This document shows, one piece after another, positions 39,611 through 53,073 of a stretch of DNA of 64,000 nt. The translations under genes and the position numbers were made by a program. Numbering within the stretch: position 1 is the stretch's first letter; each line of letters opens with the position of its first letter. Source of the stretch: Eledone cirrhosa (taxonomy: Eukaryota); contig CAXHJY010001125.1 of NCBI GenBank assembly GCA_964016885.1, positions 1-64,000 on the forward strand. Reading direction: 5' to 3'. The notes under the pieces are model-generated. The model saw nothing but the letters and a program-made list of their open reading frames with translations, was not told the DNA's origin and made no database searches.

Positions 39611-39676
39611 TAGTAAGTTCTTAGATATGCCAGCTCTGGGTTTTTGGTGTTGATGGTTTTAGAGCCTTGGGACATT

Positions 39677-39772
39677 ATATATATATATATATATATAGAT
39701 AGATATAGATATATATATATAGAGAGATATAGATATAGATATATAGATATAGATATATAGATATATAGATAT

Positions 39773-39821
<49 letters not shown>

Positions 39822-39862
39822 TATATATATATAGATATATAGATATAGATATATAGATATAT

Positions 39863-39905
<43 letters not shown>

Positions 39906-40635
39906 TATATATATATATAGATATATATATATCTATAGATATATATATATATATATATATAGATTATATATATCTATATATATATATATGCCATATTTCT
40001 AATATGGTATCCCTGAAATATGTATAATGAAATAAATATGGTTTTATAAATATAGTTTCCATTTGTTTAATATCGTATATCTACTCCAAAACTTGTTGAG
40101 TGCTTTATATCAGTTATAAAATATTTACTCGTTGTAACCCAACAATTTTAAATAAAACTTTTGCATATATATATCTATATATATATAGATTATATATATC
40201 TATATATATATATATCTATATATATATCTATATATATATATATCTATATATATATCTATATATATATAGATTATATATATCTATATCTATATATCTATAT
40301 ATATATAGATTATATATATCTATATCTATATATCTATATATATATAGATTATATATATCTATATCTATATATCTATATATATATAGATTATATATATCTA
40401 TATCTATATATCTATATATATATAGATTATATATATCTATATCTATATATCTATATATATATAGATTATATATATCTATATCTATATATCTATATATCTA
40501 TAGATTATATATATCTATATATATATATCTATATCTATATATATATATCTATATCTATATATATATATATCTATATCTATATATATATATCTATATCTAT
40601 ATATATATATATCTATATATCTATCTATATATCTA

Positions 40636-40718
<83 letters not shown>

Positions 40719-40814
40719 ATATATATATATATATATATATCTCTATATATATATATATATCTATATATATATATAATCTATATATATATATATATATATA
40801 TAATCTCTATAGAG

Positions 40815-40870
<56 letters not shown>
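39677..40870. repeat. (TA/TAGA/TATC)n compound microsatellite containing a 5'-truncated hammerhead-element piece (39990-40080)
   Basis: 39990-40080 resembles 41150-41240 (gaaata.gtataat.aaataa.tatggttttataaatata). Confidence 0.75.
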
Positions 40871-40872
<2 letters not shown>

Positions 40873-40880
40873 GTTTAGTA

Positions 40881-41062
40881 AAATGGAAGTTTCGGAGGTA
40901 GCCAAGCTAGCGACATACAATTAGGTTTGTGCAACAAAGCACTCAATAGGGTGTACCACCCTAGAGTAATTAACATACGTTAGACAGCGTAGCAAATTGA
41001 AAACTGCGGTAGGCGGGCCTAGTCACATAATACACCAAAACAACGACAACACCTCCAGGTTA
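40881..41062. mobile_element. Homolog of 16847-17037
   Basis: Colinear shared blocks. Confidence 0.65.
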
Positions 41063-41134
41063 TATATATCCTCACTGAACTTATAACATGAAGTTCACAT
41101 AAAGATATGTTACTATCTTTACACCAATTATTAC

Positions 41135-41193
41135 ATTTTATCTGACGAAAACATACTAAAATATTAGTAGCCTTGAAATACGTATAATAAAAT
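41135..41193 (+). ncRNA. Minimal type I hammerhead ribozyme, core intact
   Basis: attttat-CTGACGA-[tactaa/ttagta helix II]-GAAA-TACGT-ATA-ataaaat; 7-bp helix I, palindromic TACGTA helix III. Confidence 0.75.
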
Positions 41194-41244
41194 AATTATG
41201 GTTTTATAAATATATCTTCCATTTATTAATATTATATATATCTA

Positions 41245-41432
41245 GGCAGTGGATTGGCAGTATCGGTAGAGGGTCGGACGCCATGCTTTCCAGCATAGTT
41301 ACGTCCCTTTACAATCTGAGTTCAAATTCCCGCCGAGGTTGACTTTGCCCTTCATCCTTACGGGGTCGATAAAATAAAGTACCAGTAATGCACTGGGTAA
41401 TTGCTGGCCTTGTGCCTAAAGTAGAAACAATT
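41245..41432 (+). mobile_element. SINE family 1, full length
   Basis: Family-1 match; attaatattatatatat duplicated on both flanks. Confidence 0.9.
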
Positions 41433-42050
41433 AATATTATATATATATGATATAATCAGTTACAATTGCGACACACACACGCACACACACACACACACAG
41501 CGTATTATCATGGATGGTTAATATTTGAAAATCTGCACTCTGGCAGACTTGCAATATGGTGGACTATATTTTCAAATTTGAAATCCTTCTGTACTCCATA
41601 AGTTAACCAAACTTTGTTCACAATATATAATATAGAATACATAATAGGTAAAGTAATTAAACAAGTAATATTTTAAGTCGCTGACAATACACCAATTCGT
41701 GACTCGTACACAATGATAACTCCAATTTATAATGAATAGTTGCACTAGGTTGTTTTGTCACACACGAACGCTAGATTATATAATGCTATTGAACATATGG
41801 GAAAGAAATCACGTTTTATTCAACATTTCAAATAATACACGGTTTTATTTAAATATCTTCAATAAAACAATGTCTTATTTAAGGTATTTAAGAGTGCATA
41901 TTGCCACAATTTTTCCCATTAACTATTTGTCCTCGTAACGTTTTTCCAATGACCTTTATTCCACCCCTATAGTTATTACAAAGCTTCCGTTACAGTTCGG
42001 GGATTGGAGGGGCTTAACTATATATACTGTACATGTGTATTATTATTAAG

Positions 42051-42505
42051 TGGTGGTGGATTGGCAGTATCGGTAGAGGGTCGGACGCCATGCTTTCCAG
42101 CATAGTTACGTCCCTTTACGATCTGAGTTCAAATCCCGCCGAGGTTGACTTTGCCTTTCATCCTTACGGGGTCGATAAAATAAAGTACCAGTAATGCACT
42201 GGGTAATTGCTGGCCTTGTGCCTAAAGTAGACGCAATTATTATTAAGTGCCAGTAATGCACTGAGATAATTGCTGGCCTTGCCAATTATATATATTTGAG
42301 TTCTTATCCTGCCAAGGTCAACTTTGCCTTTCATCCTTACGGGGTCGATAAAATAAAGTACCAGTAATGTGCTGAGGAGTGGAGGCACGTGGCCTAGTTG
42401 TAAGGGTGTTGGACTTACGATCATAATGTCGTGGGTTTGATTCCTGAGTTGTATATTGTGTTCTTGAGCAAAACACTTCATTTCACGTTGCTCCAGTATA
42501 CTCAG
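42051..42505 (+). mobile_element. SINE cluster: full family 1, two family 1 fragments, family 2 head (42378-42505)
   Basis: Family-1 matches; ggaggcacgtggcctagttgtaagggtgttggac...tgtgttcttgagcaaaacactt. Confidence 0.85.
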
Positions 42506-43242
42506 GTTTTGCCAAGTTTTGCTATGTCATCTAATGTCGAGATAGAAATTAGACCCAGAAAATAGTCTTAACGTTTCGGATGCTAATCCATCATCGGTAA
42601 TGGGAAAAGGGAAAAAGAGAGAAGAAAAGGGTAGAGAGGAGAGAAGCACCAGTTGTTGTTAGTCAGCCATCTTAAATATATATATATAGAGAGAGAGAGA
42701 CGGATAGTGTGTGTGTGTGTGTGTGTGGTGTGTGGTGTGTGGTGTGTGGTGTGTGTGTGTGTGTGTGTGTGTGTGTACATTTACAGTTTCTTCATGTCCC
42801 ATAATTTAAAAATTCAACAAAGAAAAGATCGATAGATTAAGTGAGAGACTTGAAAAAAATATGTACTGAGATCAATATGATCTACCAAGCCTGTTCAAAG
42901 TGGTGCCCCAGCATGGCCGCAGTGTAATAACTGAAACCGACACAAGAACAGAATAACAGAAATATATATAAAATCCTTTCTTATATAGGCACAAGGCCAG
43001 CAATTTTGGGGGAAGGGAAAGTCGATGAAATTGACCCCAGTGTGTGACTGGTACTAGTTAACCTCGGCGGGATTTGAACTCAAAATGACAGAAATATATA
43101 TACAATGAAATTAGTAACATCTTCAGAATAGCCGTATCATTCGTCAATATCAATGATGTAATCAATCTATCGATTACACCCTCTCACTTATACAGTAGCG
43201 TCTGTGTGTCCGAGTAAGAAATCAATATAGTATATATATATA

Positions 43243-43478
43243 TATGTCTCACATAAGTATAGATCTGAAGCAGGAGTGAGTAAATGAGATTTGGCTGTTA
43301 TATCTAGCAAGTCAAATAACCACATCATCTGTCACATCAGTGGCTGAGTATTCCATAAGCACGTGTATCCTAAAATATAGTATTATGTCTCACATAAGTA
43401 TAGATCTAAATTAGGAGTGAGTAAATGGGATTTGGCTGTTATATCTATCAGGTCAAATAACCACATCATCTGTCTCAT
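43243..43478. repeat. ~95-bp direct duplication (43243-43338 and 43385-43478)
   Basis: tatgtctcacataagtatagatct...ccacatcatctgtc occurs twice. Confidence 0.8.
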
Positions 43479-44029
43479 CCTCTCAATTAATAACAAAATC
43501 AATAAGATGTCTTAGATCAGCAATGGGAACCAGCGCACCCCAAAACCGTTAATTACTATCGACAGTTATTAGATTAGTAACCTTTTATACTATCAACACT
43601 GTTATTAGATGAGTAATGGGAACCAGGGGACCCCAAAACCTTTTATATTATCGACACTGTTGTGGGATCCTTGCCCCCTCACCAACCTCAGACATCTACT
43701 AATATGTGTAAATAATTAGATAAACAATATATAATCAATAACCAATAAAAAGCAATTATATATAAATTAAAAAACAGTTTAAACCAGTTGGATTCTATTG
43801 ATTTGTTGTATAGATTTAAAAAAATATATAAATATTGGTTTTGGGCCCAAATGTTCAATTGATCCCCATGGGTAGCCTTATATATATTGCTCTGAGGGTT
43901 TCTGATTTACCTGAATACAGCTGTTTATATCATCGGGTTCCGGAGTTATTTGTTGTTTAACCCTGTGATGGCTTTGATACAGCAGATCTTTATATGATCA
44001 AAGGTTTTCATACAATCAACGGAGGAGGC

Positions 44030-44470
44030 TTCTCGTGAAATTAGCGTACATGTCGCTGAGCATTCCACAGACACGTGTACCCTTAATGTAGCTCTCAGGG
44101 AGATTCAGTGTGACATAGGGTATAACAAAGCTGACCGTTTGAATTACAGCTTCAACCCATTTTTGCTAGCTGTGTGGACTGGAGCAACAATAAAATAAAG
44201 TCTCTTGCTCAAGGACACAACTCAGCGCTGGGAATCGAACTCATGACTATACGATCGTGAACCGAAGCCCTTAACCACTAAGCTACTTACCTAGCCGGGC
44301 GAAACGAACGACCGTGTACGAGCCTTGCGCCACAGCGCATGGTTTAGTAGTTAGAGCATTGAGCTTGCAATCGAAAGGTTGTGAGTTCAATTCTCGGACC
44401 GGGTGATGTGTTGTTTCCTTGAGCAAGACACTTTATTTCACATTGCTCCAGTTTACTCAGCTGTAGAAAT
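44030..44470. mobile_element. Head-to-head pair of family 2 SINEs (- 44030-44290; + 44335-44470)
   Basis: tRNA boxes and cttgagcaagacacttt core on opposite strands. Confidence 0.8.
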
Positions 44471-44867
44471 GAGATGATAGGGACTGGGGTCCCTATCATT
44501 AAATCACCCAAGACACCTCCAGCGAGATATACCTTGGAGGAGGCCAGCTAAACCTGCATAGGTGTGAGCTATCACACACACACACAGACACACACACATA
44601 GGTGAGAGCTGTCACACACACATATATGTGAGAGCTGTCACACACACACACACACACACACACAAGGTACGGGTCTTCACCCTGACATAGTAGCTTTCGA
44701 AGCAGTAATTCTTAACCTTAGAACAACGTATCAGTGATGACATACTGCAGATGACTGCATTGATTATATTGATTGCAGCTGCTGCAATGGGTCAGCCATC
44801 GTAAGTACATAATAAGTACATAGGAACCAACAGGAGAACCTCTAGATGTTGATCGATTTCCTAGAAA

Positions 44868-45955
44868 TAGTAGCCATAAGTCGCTCAAATCATACCCCAT
44901 AGTAGCCATAACTCGCTCAAATTACACCCAATAGTAGCCATAACTCGCTCAAATCATACCCCATAGTAGCCATAACTCGCTCAAATTACACCCAATAGTA
45001 GCCATAACTCGCTCAAATTACACCCAATAGTAGCCATAACTCGCTCAAATTACACCCAATAGTAGCCATAACTCGCTCAAATTACTCCTGATAGTAGCCA
45101 TAACTCGCTCAAATTACACCCAATAGTAGCCATAACTCGCTCAAATCATACCCCATAGTAGCCATAACTCGCTCAAATTACACCCAATAGTAGCCATAAC
45201 TCGCTCAAATTACACCCAATAGTAGCCATAACTCGCTCAAATTACACCCAATAGTAGCCATAACTTGCTCAAATTACTCCTGATAGTAGCCATAACTCGC
45301 TCAAATTACACCCAATAGTAGCCATAACTCGCTCAAATTACACCCAATAGTAGCCATAACTTGCTCAAATTACTCCTGATAGTAGCCATAACTCGCTCAA
45401 ATTACACCCAATAGTAGCCATAACTCGCTCAAATTACTCCTGATAGTAGCCATAACTCGCTCAAATTACACCCAATAGTAGCCATAACTTGCTCAAATTA
45501 CTCCTGATAGTAGCCATAACTCGCTCAAATTACACCCAATAGTAGCCATAACTCGCTCAAATTACACCCCATAGTAGCCATAACTCGCTCAAATTACACC
45601 CAATAGTAGCCATAACTCGCTCAAATTACACCCTAGAGCAGCCATAACTCGCTCAAATTACACCCAATAGTAGCCATAACACGCTCAGATTACACCATAG
45701 AGCAGCCATAACTCGCTCAAATTACACCCAATAGTAGCCATAACACGCTCAGATCACACCCTAGAGCAGCCATAACTCGCCCAAATTACACCCCATAGTA
45801 GCCATAACTCGCTCAAATTACATCCTAGAGCAGCCATAACTTGCTCAAATTACTCCTGATAGTAGCCATAACTCGCTCAAATTACACCCAATAGTAGCCA
45901 TAACACGCTCAGATCACACCCTAGAGCAGCCATAACTCGCTCAAATTACACCCTA
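44868..45955. repeat. 32-33-bp minisatellite amplified inside a dispersed repeat
   Basis: About 34 units tagtagccataactcgctcaaattacacccaa with variants; flanks continue the ctagaaatag...ccctacc repeat. Confidence 0.95.
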
Positions 45956-46207
45956 CCATTTTTAAAGTAAGGTAAGAACATATTGCGTAATGTAATCCAA
46001 GATAAAATATGTCTAAAAGAGAACGAAATGGTCACAGATATTTAATCAAAGTTGAACTGCGATTAAGTTACAACTTATATGTAATGGAGTTGTCTCGATG
46101 GATTAGCTGTAGTTATGGCAGTCTCGGTTTGATGCTTTTCAACCAGAATGGATGACTTTCTATATAGGAAGGACTGACATGGTGGTTCTCCATAGTGGTT
46201 CACCAAG

Positions 46208-46330
46208 TACGAAGGGTTGGCTAGAAAGTTCCTATGCTGACTATGAAGGAGTGATGCTAGAGCTGTGAAATTTTGCCTGCATTCATTTCAACTCTTATAA
46301 ATAACTGTATTGATTTTTTCCCGTTGAGCT
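46208..46330. mobile_element. mariner-like transposon terminal fragment
   Basis: TA followed by cgaagggttggctagaaagttc resembles mariner TIRs; no second end found. Confidence 0.5.
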
Positions 46331-46828
46331 ATTATTTACTCAGCAACAGTAACGGGGCCGTTAAGGACATTCACACAACAACAACTACAAGAAATACAGA
46401 GAAAAGCAAGTACAATAAAGAGGAAAACGTTAGAAAAAATTGGCTGCTTTACAAGTTTCAACCATTTTATAATCTGTTGGGAATTCCTCAAATTGTCTGA
46501 CTTCTGATATTATGTACTTTGATGTTTGGAGAAGGTGCGTGGCTTAGTGGTTAGGTTATTCAGCTAAGGAGCGTACAGTCGTGACTTCGATTTCCCTCAC
46601 AGAAAAAGCAACTTGTTTTCATGGTTTATTGTTAAGCCCCAGTTCATTCCTAATCGAGCTGACCTATGACTAAAGGTGTTCTCACCTGTCACAATCACGA
46701 TTTTTGTTCTGTGTAGCTACGACTATTTTTTATAAGACGATAAGTGCTCGCAATCGCTTTCTTTTCCGAAATAGGTATTTGGTGGGGTGACCGCTAGTGT
46801 ATGTATGTATATATATATATATATATAT

Positions 46829-46967
46829 AACGAAGGAAATGTGGTAAGGAACCAGGTGGACCATAACGCACCAAAGTACTCAATACTTAGGGTAGTAGAG
46901 TGGGTAATAGGAACGAGTAGGACCCCGACGGCTGAGCTCAAGCCGTTTCGACGGCTAATTCTGGACT
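46829..46967 (-). mobile_element. Element family A
   Basis: Near-identical reverse complement of 38881-39019. Confidence 0.9.
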
Positions 46968-47023
46968 AAATTTAACCCGGGATAAACATCTCTCTCTCTC
47001 TCTCTCTCTATAATATATATATA

Positions 47024-47159
47024 TGTTTATCCCGGGTTCAATCGGGGGCTAACCACAGTAAGTAAGGTACTCAATATATAGCAGAGTATAAATATTTAAT
47101 ATAGAAATGGCTTCTGCAAGACTAGTACTGTTTCATTCGGGAGAAATCATCAGGAAGCC
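47024..47159 (-). mobile_element. Family D element with hammerhead core (47109-47159)
   Basis: ggcttc-CTGATGA-tttctcccgaat-GAAAC-agtacta-GTC-ttgcagaagcc; an inverted end copy aacccgggataaac sits at ~46974-46988. Confidence 0.65.
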
Positions 47160-47865
47160 CCCCCCCCCCCCCCCCATATATATATATATAGGGAGACACA
47201 AATCAGGCTTTGCTGTACGTGGTCCCTTTAGATTTTTTATTATTATTATTCTAAACTTAATACACAATAAAGACGGTAAGTTGTGATTTGAGAACGATTT
47301 TGGTTGGTATTTCTAGCAGGTTGAGTGACCGAGGGGAGGCTCCTTCGACCTATCTGTCAAAGTTGTTGCCGAATGTAAATTCTATCATTACAATAAGAAT
47401 AAAAGTAGGCCAAATGAAAGATCAGCTGTTGTTCATATCTTTTAAAACCATGAAGGTGGCCTTGGACACACACCACGAAAACGAACAGATGTCATTGTTA
47501 ACGGATAAAATATAACCTTTAGGGAATATCTCCTAGAACGGGTATTTCTCCGGGGTAAGTTATGTTATATAAAGCACCAACAAGGGAGTCTTTATGTGGT
47601 TGTTAGACCTGCTAGAAACAGCAGGAAAGGGGCCAGATTAGATAATGTTGTTTTAGATATACTGTGTATGTAGCTGAATAAAGACGAAATTGTGACAGCT
47701 AGAACCAGGACCATCTTAAAGAACAGAGGCCTAAAGAGCATTTGTCTAGGGGGTCCACCGGCTCTAGGAACTCAATGCTTATCGATGTATGGTTATATAT
47801 GCTATATAATGCTATTATGGTGGCTATGAACCCTGTCTAGAACCCCTTTGATCATAGGTCTACAC

Positions 47866-48139
47866 CAACGGCCTTGTTTCAGGGAGGTACCAGGGGACAA
47901 GTTCCCCCCACTTTTTCAAGCGTCTATATTTTATTTTTTGTTTATTTGATATAATCATTTCTTTTTAAGCTTATTTTTTTTATATCTGAACTTCATTTGA
48001 ATATATAAAATTTAATTAACGTAAAATGTTTCTTATGTGATAGGGTTCGGGAAAGGCACCATAAGCAATTTATGCTCCTTTAAGAATCAACAAATGTTGG
48101 TTTGTCCCCCTCACATTTTTAAGGCAAATGAGGCCCCTG
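47866..48139. mobile_element. hAT-type MITE
   Basis: 8-bp TSD GTCTACAC at 47858-65 and 48140-47; imperfect TIRs CAACGGCCTTGTTT and (reverse complement) CAGGGGCCTCATTT. Confidence 0.75.
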
Positions 48140-48768
48140 GTCTACACAATCAGGGTCAACTTATGCCTAAATAACAAAAACAACTCTATAAAGATATTCC
48201 TCGTTCATTTTATCAAGTAAATGAAATTTAGGCGATTTATATGTCTTTATCTGCCGGGACTGATAATGTAGCTTATTTCTTCCACCATGTTTAACCCTGG
48301 CTGGGAGAATAAACTAGATTGTCCTGGCTAATGAACCAACGAAAGAGTCTTTAGATGGTTGCTTGATCAGCTAGAAATAATAACCAAATCTCCTTCAAAT
48401 CTCCTTCATATCGTCTAAAAAAAGGAAGAACATGTTGGATAACAGACTATTTCTGGAGAAAACTAAGACGGAATGGTTGGAATACCTTTAAGTATGCTGG
48501 ATCGGGGCTAACACAGAGATGAAGTGTAAAGGGAGTGCCAGGAAAGGTCGCTCTTCTAGGTGGCGCTCTGAAGAGATGTAACATATCCTCTGGTCGATCA
48601 TACCTGTTAATTAAGGAGTTGGGGGTACTAAAGGTGTTTACTGCCAGGTGTAAAGGCTTCGGGTAACCCCAAACCCAACCCACCCCCATCAACCATTTCA
48701 AGTTATCTTCCAGTAATCTGAAATGGCTTTCACATTACCCCTTGGGGGTAACCTGAACCCCACTCTCT

Positions 48769-48838
<70 letters not shown>

Positions 48839-49706
48839 TGAAACATTCGAGATTGTAAAGTTTGTCTGAAAACGCGAGGAATTTTTCCTTTTTAAATTTA
48901 CAATTTTTTAAAAAGTAATCGGTAATTGTTTTAAAAATAAGGAATTCTTTTTTTGTGTGTGAAAAACGATATGTTTTAGGGGATTTTACAATCATAGAAC
49001 TTTTTTTTACACATAAATGTATTTCGTTGGTATTTGTAATGTATAAATATATATAAAAATATATTGTTTGCATTTGAAAGTTTTAGTTTGTTTAATTTTT
49101 AATTTTTTATTTTATTTAATTTAAAACACCATTGTTTCAGTTCGGAAAACATATTATTAAGGATAAAAATTTAGTTACAAATTTATATACAAATAAAATA
49201 AGTACTGGACTTGGGGATAATCTGAAATTATAGGGAGTAAGATGGAATAACTTTCAAGGGTATCACTGGGGTAATTTGAAATCGATATCATCCTATATAC
49301 TTTCGGCTCTCTACGTTCTAAGTTCAAATTCCTCCAAGGCCAACTTTGATTTGCCTCCAGCCCAGAATCGATAAAATAAAGTGAAGGATGACTGCAGTTG
49401 ATTGAATATACCTATAAAACATCCTAAATGTGAAGGATGAGTCTTCTGTCACTTTCACCAAACTCCTTAGTTGGTGGAGAATCATATACCACACACACAC
49501 ACATCACAGTCACGTGTGTTCTTGTGTTCGTTAGACAAAAGTAAGTTTTGTAATTAATTCCACAGTGTGGTTAAATGCCATAGAAAGCTATATCCAATAG
49601 CAGACTGATGGAATTTGATTCAGCCTTGCCCTCGCTTCATTCACAATGGTTTACTAACTACAAGGTCCTTGCTATTGCTGAGGGCATGCCTTACAGAAGT
49701 ATTAGG

Positions 49707-49790
49707 TACCGTATTTCCCGGCGTCGAAGACACTACTTTTTCCTAAAATAAGTCTCAAAAACCTACCATGCGTCCTGAAGGCCGAAGGTT
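49707..49790. mobile_element. pogo/Tc1-mariner-type terminal fragment
   Basis: TA followed by ccgtatttcccggcgtcgaagac resembles CCGTATTT-type TIRs. Confidence 0.45.
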
Positions 49791-49804
49791 GCATTTTTCA
49801 TCAT

Positions 49805-50330
49805 TATTATTATTGTTTCTACTTTTTGGCACAAGGCCAGCAATTATCCCAGTGTATTACTGGTACTTTATTTTATCGACCCCGCAAGGATGAAAGGCAA
49901 AGTAAACCTCGGCGGGATTTGAACTCAGATCGTTTACGTCCCTTTACGATCTGAGTTCAAATCTCGCCGAGGTTTACTTTGCCTTTCATCCTTGCGGGGT
50001 CGATAAAATAAAGTACCAGTAATACACTGAGATAATTGCTGGCCTTGTGCCAAAAAGTAGAAACAATTATTATTTTTCTTTTTTTTTCGATTTGATTGAC
50101 TTTTCCCTCCCCCCAAAAATTACTGGCCTTGTGCTTATACTAGAAATCTGGCAGTGTCGGTAGAGGGTCGGGCGCCATGCTTTTGAACATAGAGTTACGA
50201 TCCTTTACGATCTTTGTTCAAATCCCGCCGAGGTTGACTTTGCCTTTCATCCTTACGGGGTCGATAAAATAAAGTACCAGTAATGCACTGGGATAATTAC
50301 TGGCCTTGTGCCTATACTAGAAATCATTAT
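49805..50330. mobile_element. SINE family 1 cluster including a near-perfect palindrome (49805-50073)
   Basis: - copy 49812-49932, + copy 49933-50070, tail 50088-50146, + copy 50148-50330. Confidence 0.9.
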
Positions 50331-50768
50331 ATAAATGATTATAGTTTAGATGATGTTTACTGATATAAAGAAATCACTCTAAACAACTAAAACGATGTCA
50401 GGTCACTGTAGCAGTAATTGTTGTGGCTTTTACTTTGAATTGATCAACGAGATTCTTCAATCGCTGCTGCTGCTACTATTCTATTGTTAGTATCTATCAT
50501 TTACAACAACATTTCACCACTGACATGAATTCTTCGACATTACAGCTCTAGCTAAACTCTCGTGCTAAACTCTCGTGTTAAACTCTCGTGCTCACTGTCG
50601 TCTGATGATCACGATGATACACCAGGGCGCCGTAAACTTTACATTTTTCAATAACACCACCATGTTCGCCTGCATGATGCACTATCACATGTTATTATTC
50701 TATAGCTGTCATTATAGTCAAGTTCTCTTCGGGAATTAGACAGATAATCTATTTATCTGTCTAACCCC

Positions 50769-50817
<49 letters not shown>

Positions 50818-51431
50818 GCTTATTCCCGTTCATTATACTATTTTTTGTTTCTGTTTTTCCCCTTCTTCCTCCATTCTTCAATGTCCTCCTGCCTTCTAAC
50901 TGTCTGTACAAGTCTTCTACTGCTCCTACAGGTCTTAATCTGAGAGAGAGAGAGGGGGGAGAGTGAGAGGGAGAAAGGGGGAGACGGAGGGAGAGAGGGA
51001 TAGACAGACAGACAGACAGAGGGGGAGAAAGAGGGAGAAAGAGGGAGAAAGAGGGAGATGAGTGATCGATCCTGTTGAAAAATTCTCTTCTCCATTTTGG
51101 TTGCTTTCGAACGTAGAAGTCACGTTGACTGTAATGTCTTAGCATACTTTACAGGTGACTCATAACACTTTTCTACACCGTCGCTCTCTCTCTACGTCTC
51201 CCTACCTCTCTCTCTCTCTCTCGCTCGCTCCCTTTCTCTCTCTCCACCTCTCTCTCGCTCCCTCTCTATTTCGTCTACCTCTCTCTCTCTGTCCCCACTT
51301 CTCCCTTTCTCTCCCTATCTCTCTCTTCCTCCCTCTCTTTCGTTCCCTCTCTCTCCTATCTCTCTCTCGTTCCCTCTCTAACTCCTCACCTCTCTCTACG
51401 CCCCCTCTCTATATCGTCTTGCTTCTCTCTC

Positions 51432-51676
51432 CCTATCGTCTGCTACCAACCTCTCTCTCTCTCTCTCTCCCTATCTACCGTCAACCACCAACCTTTCTCC
51501 CTCTCTACCGTCTGCCACCAATCTTTCTCCCTCTCTATCGTCTGCCACCAACCTTTCTCCCTCTCTATCGTCTGCCACCAACCTTTCTCCCTCTCTATCG
51601 TCTGCCACCAACCTTTCTCCCTCTCTATCGTCTGCCACCAACCTTTCTCCCTCTCTATCGTCTGCCACCAACCTCT
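51432..51676. repeat. 30-bp minisatellite (ctctatcgtctgccaccaacctttctccct)
   Basis: About 7 units. Confidence 0.9.
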
Positions 51677-51797
51677 CCTACCCTCACACCATTACTATGT
51701 GTCCTTATCTCCACATCCCATCAACTTTTCTTTAATGTAATAAAGTCAACCACCCTCATCTTTCATTCGTTCTAATTTAATTCAAAAGAGTACAGCA

Positions 51798-52845
51798 ATG
51801 GTGGTGGTGGTGGTGAAGGTTGTGGTGAGGTGTTGGTGTTGGTGGTTGTGGTGGTGGGGAGATAGGAGAGAAGTTGTGATGGTGGTGGTGGTGATGGTAG
51901 TGGTGTTGGTGGTGTTGGTGGTGATGGTGTTGGTGGTGGGTGATGGTGGTGGTGTTGGTGGTGGTGTTGGTGGTGGTGTTGTTGTTGGTGGTGGTTGTGG
52001 TGGTGGGGAGATAGGAGAGAAGTTGTGATGGTAGTGGTGTTGGTGGTGTTGTTGGTGGTGGGGAGATAGGAGAGAAGTTGTGATGGTGGTGGTGGTGATG
52101 GAGTTGGTGATGATGGTAGTGGTGTTGGTGGTGTTGGTGGTGATGGTGATGGTGATGGGTGATGGTGGTGGTGTTGGTGGTGGTGTTGGTGGTGGTGGTT
52201 GTGGTGGTGGGGAAATAGGAGAGAAGTGGTGGTGGTGGTGTTGGTGGTGGTGGTGATGGTGGTGGGTGATGGTGGTGGTGTTGGTGATGGTGTTGGTGGT
52301 GATGTTGTTGGTGGTGGTGGTGTTGGTGGTGGGTGATGGTGATGGTGGTGATGGTGGTGATGGTGTTGGTGGTGTTGGTGGTGATGGTGTTGGTGGTGAT
52401 GGTGTTGGTGGTGTTGGTGGTGATGGTGTTGGTGGTGGTGGTGTTGATGGTGGCGAAGGTGGGGTGGGGGGTAGGAAGAAAAGAAGAGATTCGGTTAAGT
52501 TGAACGAGAAGAAGCAGACGAGTGAATGAATGTGAGAGAAAGAAGAGAAGAAGAAATAGAATGAGTTAAAAGTAAAGTAAATTGATGAGAAACCCCTCCA
52601 CCACCACCACAACTACCACCGTCACCACCACCGTCACCACCACCACCATCACCACCACCATCATCACCTCCACCACCATCACCACTACCACGATCACTAT
52701 CAACACCACTACTAAAACCACCACCACCACCACCACTACTAAAACCACCACCACCATCACTATCAACACCACACCACCACCACCATCACCACCAACCACC
52801 ACTAACACCCCCACCACTACCACCACGACCACCGCCACCGCCACC
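51798..52845. repeat. (GGT)n-rich tract and opposing (ACC)n-rich tract
   Basis: 51798-52470 is GGT/GAT/GTT-rich; 52597-52845 is ACC/ATC-rich. Confidence 0.9.
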
Positions 52846-53073
52846 AGAACGGAAAGAGGGGGTGAGGTGAATGGGAGGAAGAATATTCAGACAAATTCGT
52901 TAGACAGACGATGATGAACGCTTAACAACTCGTGGGGGAGGAGGAGGAGGAGGAGGAGAAGGGGGAGGAGAAGGAGGAGAGGGGGGTGCAGGGGGACAAA
53001 TGTTTAGTTTGTTTTCTTTCTTTCTTTCTTCTATTTATCTGTTACACTTCTGACGAAAGTTTGCAACTGTGAA

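Noticed and set aside
44868-45955. CRISPR-like periodicity (also 25057, 36250, 55365)
   Set aside because: Contiguous units without unique spacers, no cas genes, eukaryotic context
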